A DNA stretch of 64,000 bases from Heterodontus francisci (taxonomy: Eukaryota): positions 41,505,748 through 41,569,747 of the forward strand of contig NC_090382.1 in assembly GCF_036365525.1 (NCBI RefSeq). The letters are read 5' to 3'. The translations under genes were made by a program, and so were the position numbers. Each line of letters starts with the position of its first letter. The first letter of the stretch is position 1. The notes under the pieces are model-generated. The model was not told the DNA's origin. It was given only the letters and a program-made list of their open reading frames with translations, and ran no database searches. Shown one piece after another: positions 35,321 to 49,149 of the stretch.

Positions 35321-38300
35321 GTGGCAGGGACAGCTGTGGAGAATTCATGTTGGAGGCGCAAACCGCTCCAAGTTCTGTGCAGCTGGACAAGTTACAAAAC
35401 CCCAGGGGCTATCATTGAGAAGGAGAATGCTAGAGCTGCATCATTAACTTAGACAGGTAGTGACATAAGTACCATGGACATTCTCCACACTAGCAGAAAG
35501 GATGGAGAAGTCCAACTCCATTTGCAAGAATGTCTGCCATGGAGAGAGTGGTCACTCCTTTCCTAACAGCACTGTGGGTGTACCTACACCACATGGAATG
35601 CAGCAGTTCAAGAAGTCGGCTCACCAACACTTTCTCAAGGGCAATTAGGGATGGGCAATAAATTCTGGGGTGGTGGTGCTTCACGCTGGTGGTGGTGGGA
35701 GCTTCAAGCATGGTTCTCAAATGAGTCCACATAAACCATGATGATGGCTGTTCAGACTTTGGATGCCAACATATCTGTTGCCTTAAACAGGATGACAGAT
35801 ACATTATCTGTGACCTTATAATGTGTCACTGATCTCCAATTAAGTAGGCTGTAGTGGTAGAATTGATGTGGCACTTGCCCATGAGACAGATGATGGTGAA
35901 AGTTAACATGGAAACAGGAACTCCATTCAAAGTGCTCCCACTTCTTGCCTGTTGACACCACCCCCCCACCCCCCACCCCAGCCAATGCCTGCCATGCCAC
36001 CCTGTCTCCCGATGGCTGGGTGTGCCCCTGCACTTGTCCAGGTGGTGCAATCTTCGGTGGGCCCTCAGGGACTCCAAAACATAGACCAAAAACATCTCAG
36101 CAGTTAGGCAGGATCTGAGCAGCCTAGCTCTATCTCTGCTGACACTACACAGTATATACCATATGGAAGCGTAGGTTGCAGAAATTGTATTGCAGCAAGA
36201 CTATGCACATGGGTGTTTATCAAAATGTTGTTAAGATTCCTTTTTAAAAAATAATGCTATGTAAAGTTTAATGATCAGGACCATTTCCACATCTTGACCA
36301 TTTTAACAAAACCGATTTCAGCAAGTCCAGAAACCTTTCATATTTCCATATAGTTTAAGATAGCCAAGTTTTTTTCACTTGATATGTGATCAGTAAAAGT
36401 ATTCAGCAGTATTCCAACACACTAAGAACTGAGATAATTACACACCTGTTATGACTGTACTTAATGTACCAAAAGGATGCACAGTCTAGTATTTAATATT
36501 CAAGATTTAGACTAGAACACATTGGAAAGCACAAATTGTACCCTTTATTAAAGTACCACAAACAGTCCTATTTATGCTTCTGAATATTCCATTCATCTGT
36601 AAGTATTCATATCAGTAAGTAAACCTTCTGTCTTTCATAACAGTAGCTCTACTGCAAACATTTACATTTTATTTAAATCACTTAACATTTTGGAGACATC
36701 TTCCCTTATGCTATCAGTTTTCACATCACTCATCACTCTCAGAACTTTGATCTCACTAAGAATCCACTGTGTAGGCTTACGGTTCAGAGGTCATTAAATC
36801 ACGTCCTTCAAAAGTGCTCTCGGCAAAATTGATTTGTGAGTTGGTTTCTAAACTGACAAAAGACTACAGCTGTGACAAAAGATTACAGCTGTGACAAGTA
36901 AATGAAAAATGTTTAAACAGGCACTGTTGTTCTGTTGAATGAATAAAATTGGAGATCCTTGTAGTCCAGGTGAAGAAGCGTGTCTTGGTTCTCTTTGCAG
37001 AAAGACCTGATTTTCTCTGAAAATTGAGAAATAGGGCTGTTACAAGTAAACAGTACGTCTTTGTGCCCTCATTTTTCAGTACCGAGCATACCATCAGCAC
37101 CAACTTGAATATACCTGTCAGATCACATCTCTCCTGAGATGAATTAGAGGTCGGTAAATTACTTGCAAATTTCAGGCTCCAAGTCAGAAGAACCCAACAT
37201 GAAATGCCTGGCTTTGTTTCACTTATTTATAAGGTTGTTTTGCGATTGAACCAAAGAACAATGGCTATATGCTTGGTGCAGGATTTTATCTTAACATGAT
37301 ACACAGATATTTAGTTTGATGCTGTTACTTCCCGTAGACATTTTAAAATCTATTTAATATGAAAATCTGGTTTAGCATTGAATTCTGGTAAAATAGAAAT
37401 AATTTTGATCACAATGTGACATGCCTTCACTATTTCAATTTCATTGTAGACAGAGCTTCACTCAACACCAACTACTTCATTAGCTTTTGCCTCAAAGATT
37501 AGATCAAAGTAACTGCTTACAGTATTCACTTTTATGATTAGAGATACTGAAAAATACATTTAAGAATGATCTAAACTGACTTTGTCTCTCTTATTCCTTC
37601 CCCAATTTTATCTACAGATCACACATCGGTCAGGAAATATTAAATCTTTAGCAGGATGGCAGCTGGTCAGTTCCAATAATTCATGCCCTTTCAGATTTAT
37701 TCTGTATGAATTGAGAACATATGCTTTTTATGCTGGTTAAGCTCTTAGTGGTAAATTTTGCTTCAAGCTGCACTGAAATGAAAAGCTGTCATTACATGCA
37801 ATACGTATCAACATTTAATTTAATGTGGGTTGTGATTTGCCTTCTGATGGCGGAGCTTCATCTGAAATGAAGTCAGAGTATGTTAGCAGTGCTTCTTATT
37901 CACAGCTTTTGCTGAAAATAACTTGTTTTGTTAAAATCTGCATTGGCCAGTGGCACAGGCGGCAGTTCATCAGACTGATAAAGACTCCGATTTTTTCAAG
38001 TGGGCCACAAGCTTCATAACAAGAGGGGAAGGTCACGGACTGCAATCTGAAGTGAAATACCTCTTTATTTGCTCCTCAATTTTCAGCGGGTCAGCCACCT
38101 TTACTTCACCAAATCATTTTACACTTTGAAAATTAATACAACAATTTGATTATATTAGATACATTTTGTGTCAGTTCTTCCAGAATTTGACAGCAAAATG
38201 TTTTGTAATGACAATAGTAAGCACATCAAAATCAATATACATCATGAGAAATGTTAGCAGATTGCCTATTGACTTGATAATGTACTACAGAGATGAGATC

Positions 38301-39164
38301 TAAGATAACACTCTCTTTGCCTATTATTTGGGTTGTCACTCAGATAAGGAGATTATAATGAGATTTATTGTGGCCAGAAGATTAGATGCTAACTCTTAAG
38401 TGTAAAGTAATGCTCAGCAGTTGATGACCAAACGTGTGGACTTGATAAAGCCAATTACAGTCTCCCTAATGGGTATGATAGCAAACCTGCAGATAAATAT
38501 TATAATGATAACAAGTAGCCATTCTCAATGAGTAAGCTGGAATATGAAATCAACTTTAATACTCCTACATCCCAACCCATTTATGAAAATGGTTTTTTCC
38601 TTCAGAGGAAATGGACATAATACCACAATAACCAGTTAAGATGACTGCCATATGAGTAGCAATGATGTTTGTTCCAAGATTAATATTTAATACTTTGCAA
38701 AAACAAATAGGTAGGAGCTTGATTAAAATTCCCAAATCCTATTTCAATTGCAGTTTCTCATATAGACTATTCATGAAAAAATAGTGAAATTATTCCATTT
38801 TACAATGCCATTTAGCAATTTAAAAAAATTGATTATTCATAGATTGATGTATTTTGAGAGTGTTAACAATAGGAAAGTCAATCCAAATAATCAGGCAGTA
38901 GCATTCTTGCAGCTAGATTTCTGTGACACAAAAGCACATTTTTTTTGTCAGAATAGAATTACTTGGAAAACAATTTTCCTTAAATTCTAATATGGCACGT
39001 ACCAGGTGTTAACTTACTACCAGATTTCATTCGGGAATTGTGCTATTTAGCCTTTCCAAATAACATAATGCCTTGCACCTGCTGTAGGATGGAAAATGGG
39101 AGCCAAGAATAAAGATGGAAGCATCTTCAAATTGGAGGCTTTCATTCTCTTACCAAATTATAAA

Positions 39165-39545
39165 GGACTCGAAGCAGTTGGAGGAAACCAAGCTTACCAA
39201 TGAAGGGTTATTAAAAGTAGAAGGAAGAACAGTTTCCACAGGCAAGTGGGCCAGGAACCAGATGACACAGATTTATTATAACTGGCAAAAGAACTAGAGG
39301 AAGAGGATTTTTTTTTAAATTTTACAGAGTGAATTATTATGATCTGGAATGCACTGCCTGAAAGGGTGGTGAAAACAAGTTCAACAATAACTTTTAAAAG
39401 GGAATTGGATATGTACTTGAAAAGAAAACAAAATGCAGGGCAATGGAGAAAGTGCCAGGGAGCAGGGCTAATTAGGTAGCTCTTCTAAAGAGTTGGCACA
39501 GGCAAGATGAGTCTAATGGCCTTCCATGATGCTGTAAGATTCTGT
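39165..39545 (+). mobile_element. Old CR1 3' end
   Basis: ATCTGGAATGCACTGCCTGAAAGGGTGGTG..TTTTAAAAGGGAATTGGAT and a CR1 tail. Confidence 0.75.
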
Positions 39546-39549
39546 GCTT

Positions 39550-40235
39550 CTATTTTCAAAACACAAAAGTCCGAGTGTATCAAGCCTGTGTCCTCAGTAC
39601 CTTGCTCTATGGCAGCGAGGCCTGGATAACGTATGTCAGCCAAGAGCGACATCTCAATTCATTCCATCTTCGCTGCCTCCGGAGAATACTTGGCATCAGA
39701 TGGCAGGAGCATATCTCCAACACAGAAGTCCTTGAGGTGGCCAACACCCCCAGCTTATACACACTACTGAGTCAGCGGCGCTTGAGATGGCTTGGCCATG
39801 TGAGCCGCATGGAAGATGGCAGGATCCCCAAAGACACATTGTACAGAGAGCTCGCCACTGGTATCAGACCCACCGGCCGTCCATGTCTCCACTTTAAAGA
39901 CGTCTGCAAATGCGACATGAAGTCCTGTGACATTGATCACAAGTTGTGGGAGTCAGTTGCCAGCGTTCGCCAGAGCTGGCGTGCAGCCATAAAGACGGGG
40001 CTAAAGTGTGGCGAATCGAAGAGACTTAGCAGTTGGCAAGAAAAAAGACAGAAGCGCAAGGGGAGAGCCAACTGTGCAACAGCCCCGACAAAAAGATTTT
40101 CTGCAGCACCTGTGGAAGAGCCTGTCACTCTAGAATTGGCCTTTATAGCCACTCCAGGCGCTGCTCCACACACCACTGACCACCTCCAGGTGTTTACCCA
40201 TTGTCTCTCGAGATAAGGAGGCCAAAGAAGAAGAT
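39550..40235 (+). mobile_element. RTE (BovB-like) LINE 3' end
   Basis: VYQACVLSTLLYGSEAW..FHLRCLRRILGIRWQ..SNTEVL..RRLRWLGHVSRMEDGRIPK; frameshifted C-terminal CxxC..H finger (CSTCGRACHSRIGLYSH); (GAA)n tail. Confidence 0.92.
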
Positions 40236-40307
40236 TTTTTAAAAGTCATCATGAAATGGTCAATATTCGGGAAGTGTACAGATGCAGAGCATCATGGGAA
40301 ATGAATA

Positions 40308-41050
40308 AGAACATAAGAAATGGGCGCAGGGGTAAGTCAATTGGCCTCTCGACCCTGCTCCATCATTCAATAGGATCATGGCTGATCTGATTGTGGCTTT
40401 AATTCCACTTTCCTGTCTGCCGCCCCATAACCCTTCACTCCCTTGGAGATCAAAAAGTTGTCTAGATCAGCCGTGAATATATTCAATGACCCAGCCCCCA
40501 CTGCTCTCTGGGGAGGAGAATTCCAAAGATTAATGACCCTCTGAGAAAAGAAATTCCTCCTCATCTCCATCTTAACTGTGAGGCCCCTTATTTTGAAATT
40601 ATGCCCCCTTCGAGGAGAAACATCTTCTCAGCATCTACCTTGTCCAGCCTCTTCAGAATTTTACTTGTTTCATTAAGATCACATCTCATTCTGATAAACT
40701 CCAATGAGTGTAAGCCCAACCTGTTCAACATTTCCTCATAAGGCAACACTTCATCCCAGGAATCAACTTAGTAAATCGTCTCTGAACTGTCTCCAATGCA
40801 ATATATCCCTCCTAAAATAAGGAGACCAAAGCACGAAGCAGTACTCTGAATGTGGTCTCACCAACGTGTTGTACAGCTGTAGCAAGACTTCCCTATTTTA
40901 ACACTCCATCCCCCTTGCAATAAAGGCCAACATTCCATTTATCTTCCTAATTATTTGCTGTACCTGCAAGCAAATTTTTTTTGATTCATGTGAAGGACAC
41001 TAAGATCCCTTCCTACTGCCGCATCCTGCAGTTTCTCTTCATTTAAAGAA
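40308..41050 (-). mobile_element. CR1 LINE 3' part
   Basis: EMRRNFFSQRVINLWNSPPQRAV plus 3' UTR. More upstream CR1 sequence lies at 43052-43420. Confidence 0.88.
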
Positions 41051-41051
41051 T

Positions 41052-43051
41052 GGGCTGAAATTCATCGTTGGCAGTGGCCGTAAACTATGGCGGTCTGCCC
41101 GTGTGGACCGTTCATTGCAGATCCACCGCGATATTAAACATGGCAGCTCATTTAAATGCTGATGACATGGAGGAGGTGGGCGGTCTGTCCCCAGCAACGA
41201 CATCAGGTGCTATTGCGCAACCACCCTCTGAATGAAAAGATTCTTCCTCAAATCCCATCTAAACCTCCTGCCCCTTACCTTAAATCTATGCCCCCTGGTT
41301 ATTGACCCTTCCGTTAAGGGAAAAGGTTTCTTCCTATCTAACCTATCAATGCCCCTCATAATTTTGTATACCTCAATCATGTCCCCCCTCAGCCTTCTCT
41401 GCTCGAAAGAAAACAACCCTAGCCTATCCAGTCTCTCTTCATAGCTGAAATGCTCCAGCCCAGGCAACATCCTGGTGAATCTCCTCTGCACCTTCTCCAG
41501 TACAATCACATCCTTCCTATAGTGTGGTGACCAGATATGTACACAGTACTCCAGCTGTGGCCTAACTAGTGTTTTATACAGCTCCATCATAACCTTCCTG
41601 CTCTTATATTCTATGCCTCGGCTAATAAAGGCAAGTATCCCATATGCCTTCCTAACCACCTTATCTACCCATGCTGCTGCCTTCAGTGATCTATGGACAA
41701 GTGTGCCAAGGTCCCTCTGAGCCTCTGTACTTCCTAGGATCTTTCCATCAATTGTATATTCCCTTGCCTTGTTAGTCCTCCCAAAATGCATCACCTCACA
41801 CTTCTCAGGATTAAATTCCATTTGCCACTGCTCCGCCCATCTTACCAGCCCATCTATATCATCCTGTAATCTAAGGTTTTCCTCCTCATTATTTATGACA
41901 CCACCAATTTTTGTGTCATCTGCAGACTTACCTATCATACCTCCTATATTCACGTCTAAATCATTAATGTACACTACAAACAACAAGGGTTCCAGCACCG
42001 ATCCTGTGGTACATCACTGGTCACAGACTTCCACTCGCAAAAACAACCCTCGACCATTACCCTCTGCCTCCTGCCATTAAGCCGATTTTGGATCCAATTT
42101 GCCAAATTGCCCTGGATCCCATGGCAAGTTCCCATGGTTAGTTAGACACGATCTCCCCCCGACAAAGCCATGCTGACTATCCCTAATTAATCCCTGCCTC
42201 TCTAAGTGGAGATTAATCCTGTTCCTCAGAATTTTTTCCAATAGTTTCCCAACTACTGATGTTAGACTCAGCGGCCTGTAATTACCTGTTTTATCCCTGC
42301 TACCCTTCTTAAATAATGGTACCATATTTGCAGTCCTCTAATCCTCTGGTACCTCTCCTGTGGCCAGAGAGGATTTGAAAATTTGTGTCAGAGTCCTGCT
42401 ATCTTCTCCCTTACCTCACATAACAGCCTGGGATACATCTCATCTGGGCCTGGGGATTTATTCACTTTTAAGCCCACTAAAACAGCTAATACTTCCTCCC
42501 TTTCAATGCTAATATGTTCAAGTATATCACAATCCCCCTCCCTGATCTCTACACCTACATCGTCCTTCTCCATAGTGAACACAGATGAAAAGTAATCATT
42601 TAAAACCTCACCTATGTCCTTCGCCTCCACACACAGATTGTCACTTTGCTCCCTAATGGGAGCTCTTTCCCTGGTTATCCTCTTGCTCTTAATATACTTA
42701 TAAAATTCCTTAGAATTTTCTTTTGTGTGGGGGGAGAGGGAATGGAAGGAAGTGCATTTTTATGGGGGGCGGGGAGAGGGGCTAGAAATATTCATTTAAT
42801 ATTTTTAGTAACATTTACTCTGATTTTTCTTTAAATATTAAATTGTCATCTAGGGCTTGAAGCCCTTTAAAAATGGCGTCTGCGCATGCACAGAGGTGCC
42901 GGACGCATTGCCGTGGACAGAATGCCCGCCCCCTCCCCGTCATTGGTGGGGTGGGGGTGTGTGGGGTAGTCTGCCCGGCCATTTAAATGAGCTACTGCGC
43001 TGAATATCATGGTGGCTCCGAGATCATTGGCGAGCTTTTAAAATGCAGCCC
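41052..43051. mobile_element. Harbinger-like MITE (family A; 41052-41215 + 42715-43051) split by a CR1
   Basis: Termini GGGCTGAAATT / AAATGCAGCCC; internal blocks shared with 10900-11233. Confidence 0.65.
41216..42715 (-). mobile_element. CR1 ORF2 (RT) fragment, relatively well preserved
   Basis: ORF 41210-41998: PLLFVVYINDLD..KSADDTKIGG..LQDDID..WAEQWQMEFNPEKCEVMHFG..LVRPQLEYCV. Upstream NYRPLSLTSVVGKLLE and KSPGPDEMYPRLL. Confidence 0.95.
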
Positions 43052-43420
43052 ATGATTTTCTAAATGTCCTGTTACTATTTCCTTAATAATGGATTCCAGC
43101 ATTTTCCCAATAACAGATGATAGGTTAACTGGCCTATGTTGCCTACTTTCTGTCTCCCCCCTTTCTTGAATAGAGGTGCTACATTTGTGGTTTTCCAAAC
43201 CACTGGGACCTTTCGATAATCTGGGGAATTTTGGAAGATTACAACCAATGCATCAACTACCTCTGCAGCCACTTCTCGGGTCCAGGAGACTTGCCAGCCT
43301 TTAGTCACATTAGTTTTCCTAGTACTTTTTCTCTAGTAATAGTGATTGTTTTAAGTTCCTCCCTTCCTTTTGCCTCTTGATTTTCTGCTATTCTTGGGAT
43401 GCTTTTCGTGTCTTATTCCA
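43052..43420 (-). mobile_element. CR1 ORF2 fragment
   Basis: EVAAEVVDALVVIFQNS..WKTTNVAPLFKKG; RPVNLSSVIGKMLESIIK. Confidence 0.85.
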
Positions 43421-44129
43421 TAAATTTGAAAAATTGAAATGTAATGACACCCAAATTCCTTTGGGTTCCTGACAGACCACTACCTAACTGCTGTGGGATC
43501 CCAGCAGAACCCATTGGAAAATGGCAGGTACCCTGTTACTCCAGATCTCCATTTTCCTGGGATCTCTTGGGCAGCCTTGTACAAGGCGAATAATACTGAG
43601 GGTGGGAGGACTTCCTACACAGGTAACTTTCACTTCTTGGATTCAGTCAGGACTGGAGGCTGGTCCACGTAGTGAGACCAGGCAAGCTGCTTACAGCCCA
43701 AAAACCTGGACAGCTCTTTAAAGAAAATTGGATTGGCCCCTTTACATAGAGGACTGACACAAGACTCCATGGGGCTTAGGGGAAACAGATCTGATGCACA
43801 TATATGTTGGAGTAATTGCACAGAGTTCCTTTTTCGCAGCAGCTGATTTCTTCTTGCAGTGTCCACGCTGTGATAAGATATAATAAAAAAAACTAACAGA
43901 GCTTAATCTAAAATGATTCTGACATTTTTGTGTCAATGTGCATCCAAAATTAATTTGCATCAATGTGAACATGCCAGCTTCATTGCACCATAAGTCAGAA
44001 TAAAAGGCTTCCCCCTCAGCATAAAGGGTTTTTCTAAATCTTATTCTCCATGTTACTGCTCTAACTGGAAGAGGAGAGACAAAAGATAATCCAGCTGAAG
44101 AGTGTGTCATAAATGTAATTCAGATTTTT

Positions 44130-47100
44130 AAATCAAAAAATATAAATAAATAAATAAATTGAGGCATGCTCACACCCGTCGAATGCACATCCTGTACCAT
44201 GTGGGGACTCCAGGACCCTACCCATGTCCTGGACATCAATATGTGCAGAAAGTGCAACCAAATACATGAACTCAAGTGCCGAATCTTGGAACTCGAGGAG
44301 CAGCTGATGTCACTGAGGTGCATTCGCAAGGGTGAGCAATACGTGGATAGCGTGTTTCAGGACGTGGTCACCCCCAGATTAAAAAAGCACAGGCATAGAG
44401 GGACTGGTGGCTGCCAGACAGACAAAAAGGACAAGGCAGATAGTGCAGGAGTCCCTGGAGGGCATCCCACTTTCTAACTGGTGTTCAGTTCTGAGTACTG
44501 ATGAGAGAGAGGGTTCCTCCGGAGAGCGAAGTGAGAGTTATGACCAGAGCACCATGGGTGGCTCAGCTGTGCAAGGAGAAGGAGAAATGACAGGACAGCA
44601 ATAGTGGTAGGGGATTCTATCATTAGGAGAACAGACAGGTGTTTCTGTGGTCGCAGACATGATTTCAGGATGGTATGTTGCCTCCCTGGGACAAGGTCAT
44701 GGATATCACCGAGCAGCTACAGGGCATGCTGGAGGGCAAGGGCACACAACCAGAGGCCATGGTCCACATTGTTACCAACGACATAGGTAGAAAAAGGGAT
44801 TAGGTCCTGCAGGCTGAGTTTAGGGAGTTAGGAAGAGATTAGCAAGCAGGACCTCAAAGGTAGTAATCCCTGGATTATTCCCAAAACCACGTGCTAGGGA
44901 GTATAGAAATAGGAGAATACACCAGATGAAGGTGTGACTGGAGAGATGGTGCAGGAGGGAGGACTTCAGATTTCTGGGGGATTGAAACCGTTTCTGGGGA
45001 AGGTGCAACCTGTAGAAGCCAGACAGTCCACACCTGAAAAGGACAGGGTTGAATATCCTTTGCTAGTGCTGCTGGGGATGGTTTAAATGAGTTTGGCAGG
45101 GGGATGGAAACCTGAGGGCAGTTTCAGATAGGACAAATGCAGAGCAGGGAGCGGGAGGCAGAAAATTAGCAAGTGACTGAAAGACAGAAAAAACAAAGGT
45201 TAAAAAGTGTGCAGCATAGAAATTTGGCAGTGTTAAAAGGTATTTATTTAAATGCAAGCAGTATAGCAAATTAAGCCAATGAGCTGAGGGCACAGATAGA
45301 TATATGGAGCATATCCTTGCTATAACAGAAACTTGGCTTAAAGGGGGGCAAGAATGGCAGCGCAACATCTCTGGATATAGAGTTTTCAGGCAGAATAGAG
45401 AGGGGGATGAAAAAGTAGGGGGTGTAGCATTATTGGTTAAGGAATCTATAACAGTTGTTAGGAGGGATGATATGCTAAATGAATCATCAAATGAGGCCAT
45501 GTGGGTTGAGCTCAGAAATAAAAAAGCAGCCACAACTACTGGACGTGTACTATAGACCCTCAAATAGTGAAAGAGAGATAGGAGAACAAATATGTAGGCA
45601 CATTTCTGAGTTCATAAAAAATAGGGTAATAATAGTTGGGGATTTCAACTACCCTAATGTCAACAGCATGAAGGGCACAGAGGGCACAACATTTTTGAAC
45701 TGCATTCAAGAACCTTTTTAGCCAGCAAGTAACAAGTTCAATGAGCCGCGGCGCAATTCTAGATTTAGTCTTCGGAAATGAAGCTGGGCAAGTGGATGAA
45801 GTAGTCATGGGTGACCATTTTGGGGATAGTGGCCACAATACAGTTGGATTTAGCAATATTATGGAAAAGGACAAAGATAGAGCAGGAGTAAAAGTTCTAA
45901 ATTGGGGGAAGGCAAATTTTAAGAGCTGAGAGGTGATCTGGTGAAAGTGGACTGGATACAGTTACTTGAAGGAAAATCAGTGGCAAACCAGTGGGAGGCA
46001 TTCAAAATTGAGATTCTACGAGCACAGTGCAGACATGTCCACACAAAGAAAAAGGGTGGTAAATCTAGAGCCCCCTGGTTATCTAGAAGCATCCAGGGTA
46101 AAATAAAACTAAAAAAGAAAGCTTACGACAGTCACAAAAATCTTAATACTTTAGAAAGCCCAGAGGAGCATAGAAAGTGCAGGGGTGAAGTAAAAAAGGA
46201 AATTAGGAAAGGAAAGCAAAGAGAGAACATGAAAAATTATTGGCAGGTAAAATCAAAGAAAACCCAAAGATGTTTTACCAGTACATTAAGAGCAAGAGGA
46301 TAACTAAGGAAAGGGTAGGGCCTATCAGAGATGTACAAGGGAACATGCATGGATGCAGAAGATGTGAACAGGGGTCTTAATGAGTACTTTGTCTCTGTCT
46401 CCACAAAGTAGACACTGTAGTTAAAAAGGAGTGTGAATTATTAGATATGATTAGCATAATGAGAGAAGAAGTATTAGAGGGTCTGACATCCTTGGAAGTG
46501 GATAAATCATTAGGGCTAGATGGATTGTAACCCAGGCTGTTAAAGGAAGCCAGGGAGGAAATAGCTGATGCTCTGAGGCTTATCTTCAAATCCTCACTAG
46601 ATGCAGATGAGGTACCAGAGGACTGGAGCTCTGTAAATGTTGTACCATTGTGTAAAAAGGGTGCGAGGGATAGGCCAAATAATTATAGGCCGGTCAGTCT
46701 GACCTTGGTGGTGGGCAAATGGTCGACGGATGCTTTTGAGAATGGAAGGTGATTTCCACTGGCATCCCAAAGGGCTCAGTGTTGGGTTTCTTTGGAATTT
46801 AATCTGGAGGAGTGTGAGATAATGCATTTGGAGAAGACAAATAAAGCAAGAGAATACACAATAAGTGGGAGGATATTGAGAGGGGTAGAGGAAGTGAGAG
46901 GCCTTTGAATACATGTCCACAGGTCCCTGAAGGTGGCAGGACAGGCAGATAAAGTGGTGAAGAAAGCATATGGAATGCTTTCCTTCATTGGCCGAGGTAT
47001 AGAATACAAAAGCAAGGATGTAATGCTAGAACTGTATAAAATGCTGTTAGGCCACAGCTGGAATACTGTGTACAGTTCTGGTCACCACATTACAGGAAGG

Positions 47101-47580
47101 ACATAATTGCTCTGGAGAGAGTACAGTGAAATATTTACAAGAATGTTGCCAGGGCTCGAAAATTGCAGCTATGAGGAAAGATTGGATAGGCTAGGGTTGT
47201 TTTCTTTAGAGCAGAAGAGGCTGAGGGGTGACTTAATTGAGGTGTACAAAATTATGAGGGGCCTAGATAGGGTAGACAGGAAGGACCTGTTTCCCCGATC
47301 AGAGAGGTCATTTACCAGGGGGCACAGATTTAAGTTGAATGGTAGAAGGATTAGAGCAGAGATGAGGAAAATCCTTTTCACCCAGAGGATGGTAGATGTC
47401 TGGAATTCACTGCCCGGATCGGTGGTGGAGGCAGAAAGGGATGCTGAAGTGCTGTAACCTGCAAGGCTACGGACCAGGTGCTGGAAAGTGGGATTAAATT
47501 GGGCGGATAGTTTTTCAAGCCAGCACAGACACGATGGGCTGAATGGCCTCTTTCTGTGCCATAACCTTTCTATGGTCCTA
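44130..47580 (+). mobile_element. Near-full-length decayed CR1 LINE with ORF1 and ORF2
   Basis: ORF1: CTSCTMW..CRKC Zn finger, coiled coil, and VVGDSIIR..VCCLPG SGNH esterase motif. ORF2: APE endonuclease (YLNASSI, AITETWL, GGVALLVK, IVGDFNYP, ILDLVF) and RT with internal deletions near 46720-46800. 3' tail present. Confidence 0.95.
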
Positions 47581-47588
47581 AAATAACA

Positions 47589-48265
47589 AGAGCTGGAGTT
47601 TCCACTCGGTTGCTCGGATTTTATCAGTACCAGTCAAAACAATGCAAAAGATCACGGATTTTCAAGCACAAATTACATCCAGACAAATCGAGTTTCCACC
47701 ATCTTTTGCACTAGTTTATAAACCATTGCACTAGAGGTCCCACCCTCAAAACTGCCCATGCCATATCAAATTAATCACCAGTGGACATTCTGCTAATTGG
47801 GCCTGTTTGCAGGCCTTCGAGGAGGCTCTACAAATTAAACTATTTGTAGAACACTAATAGGTATGTTTTAAAAATTTTTGAATATAATTTTCCTTTTAAT
47901 TTACTGAATCTGAATATAACTAGCAAATGATTCTGTATACCTTTGAAAAGCCATTTTCAGTTATTTAAAATTGGGTTACTCACAGATGGCGGACTAGGTA
48001 CTCTGATTAAAAATGCTTATTTTTTGCAACCAATCCATTTTCAGCTGTATTAATCAAACTGCAACAAGTTACCACTCTTAAATATATCAAGAAATATTGT
48101 TTAAACCAACATTATTTAAAAAAAAATTACTTTCTAAAACGTTGCATGATTGCATTGGGTTCATGGCAAATTTTATATATAGTGATATGCAAATAAGTTC
48201 AAGCAGAAACCTGAGGTGTTTGTGCCCAGATCATCAATTGTGCTGAAAGTGAAAACTCCAGGGCC
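47589..48265. mobile_element. Non-autonomous TIR element (Harbinger-like termini), AT-rich
   Basis: CTGGAGTTTCCACT / AGTGAAAACTCCAG inverted termini; no coding capacity. Confidence 0.6.
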
Positions 48266-48394
48266 AGATGTTTACCCATAGTTTTGTGTGTTTGGATTCC
48301 ATTCACATTGTTGAAATTAAAATGACTACTCACAGACAACAGAGCCAAAAACAAATCTACTGGGGAAAAGGACGACCGATTTCTATATAAATTT

Positions 48395-48825
48395 CTTGCC
48401 ACTGAATCAGAGTTGTGGTTTCAAGACCCACTCCAGGACTTGAGCACAAGCAAGGCTGACACTCCAGTGCAGAGCTGAGGGAGTGCTGCACTGTTGGAGG
48501 CAGTGTCCTTCAGATGAAACATTAAACAGAGGCCCCGTCTGCCCTCTCAGGTGGACATAAAAGATCCCATGGTACCAATTCAAAGAAGAGCAAGGGAGTT
48601 ATCCCCAGTGCCTTGGCCAATAATTAACCCAGAATCAACATCAGAAAAAACATTATCTCGTCTATATCACATTGTTGTTTGTGAATGCTTGCTGTGTGCA
48701 AATTGGCTGTCACGTTTTCTACATTACAATAGTGACTACACTTCAAAAGTACTTCATTGGCTGTAAAGCGCTTTGGATGACCTGTGATCATGAAAGGCGC
48801 TACATAAATGCAATTCTTTCTTTAT
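48395..48825 (+). mobile_element. Deu-domain SINE (SacSINE1/AmnSINE1-like)
   Basis: Deu core GATGAAACATTAAACAGAGGCCCCGTCTGCCCTCTCAGGTGGACATAAAAGATCCCATGG..GAAGAGCAAGGGAGTT; tail AAAGGCGCTACATAAATGCAA. Family name is from recall, not a search. Confidence 0.85.
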
Positions 48826-49149
48826 ATGCTTATCAGGAACTTCCTCTGATGTCCCCGGAGACAACATCTCAGTACTTGGGGAAGGTTAAGAAGGGGTAGG
48901 GCTATTTTACATGGCATTGGTGGAGTACTGTAAAATGCAGCGCACTGTGTTTATTCTGGGAAGTGGGAGACATTGAGTCCTCATCTTCCCTAAAAGTGAA
49001 AAGTGGCCCTACACCTTACTTTGTAAGGAGGGCGGACACATTTTAATTTTTTTTAAATAATGCTTTTTCGACAGTGCATTTGACTATAATCTCTGCCTGA
49101 ACAGTTGCTGCTTGGCAGACAGCTATTCCTGGTCCCAGCAAGTATACTG

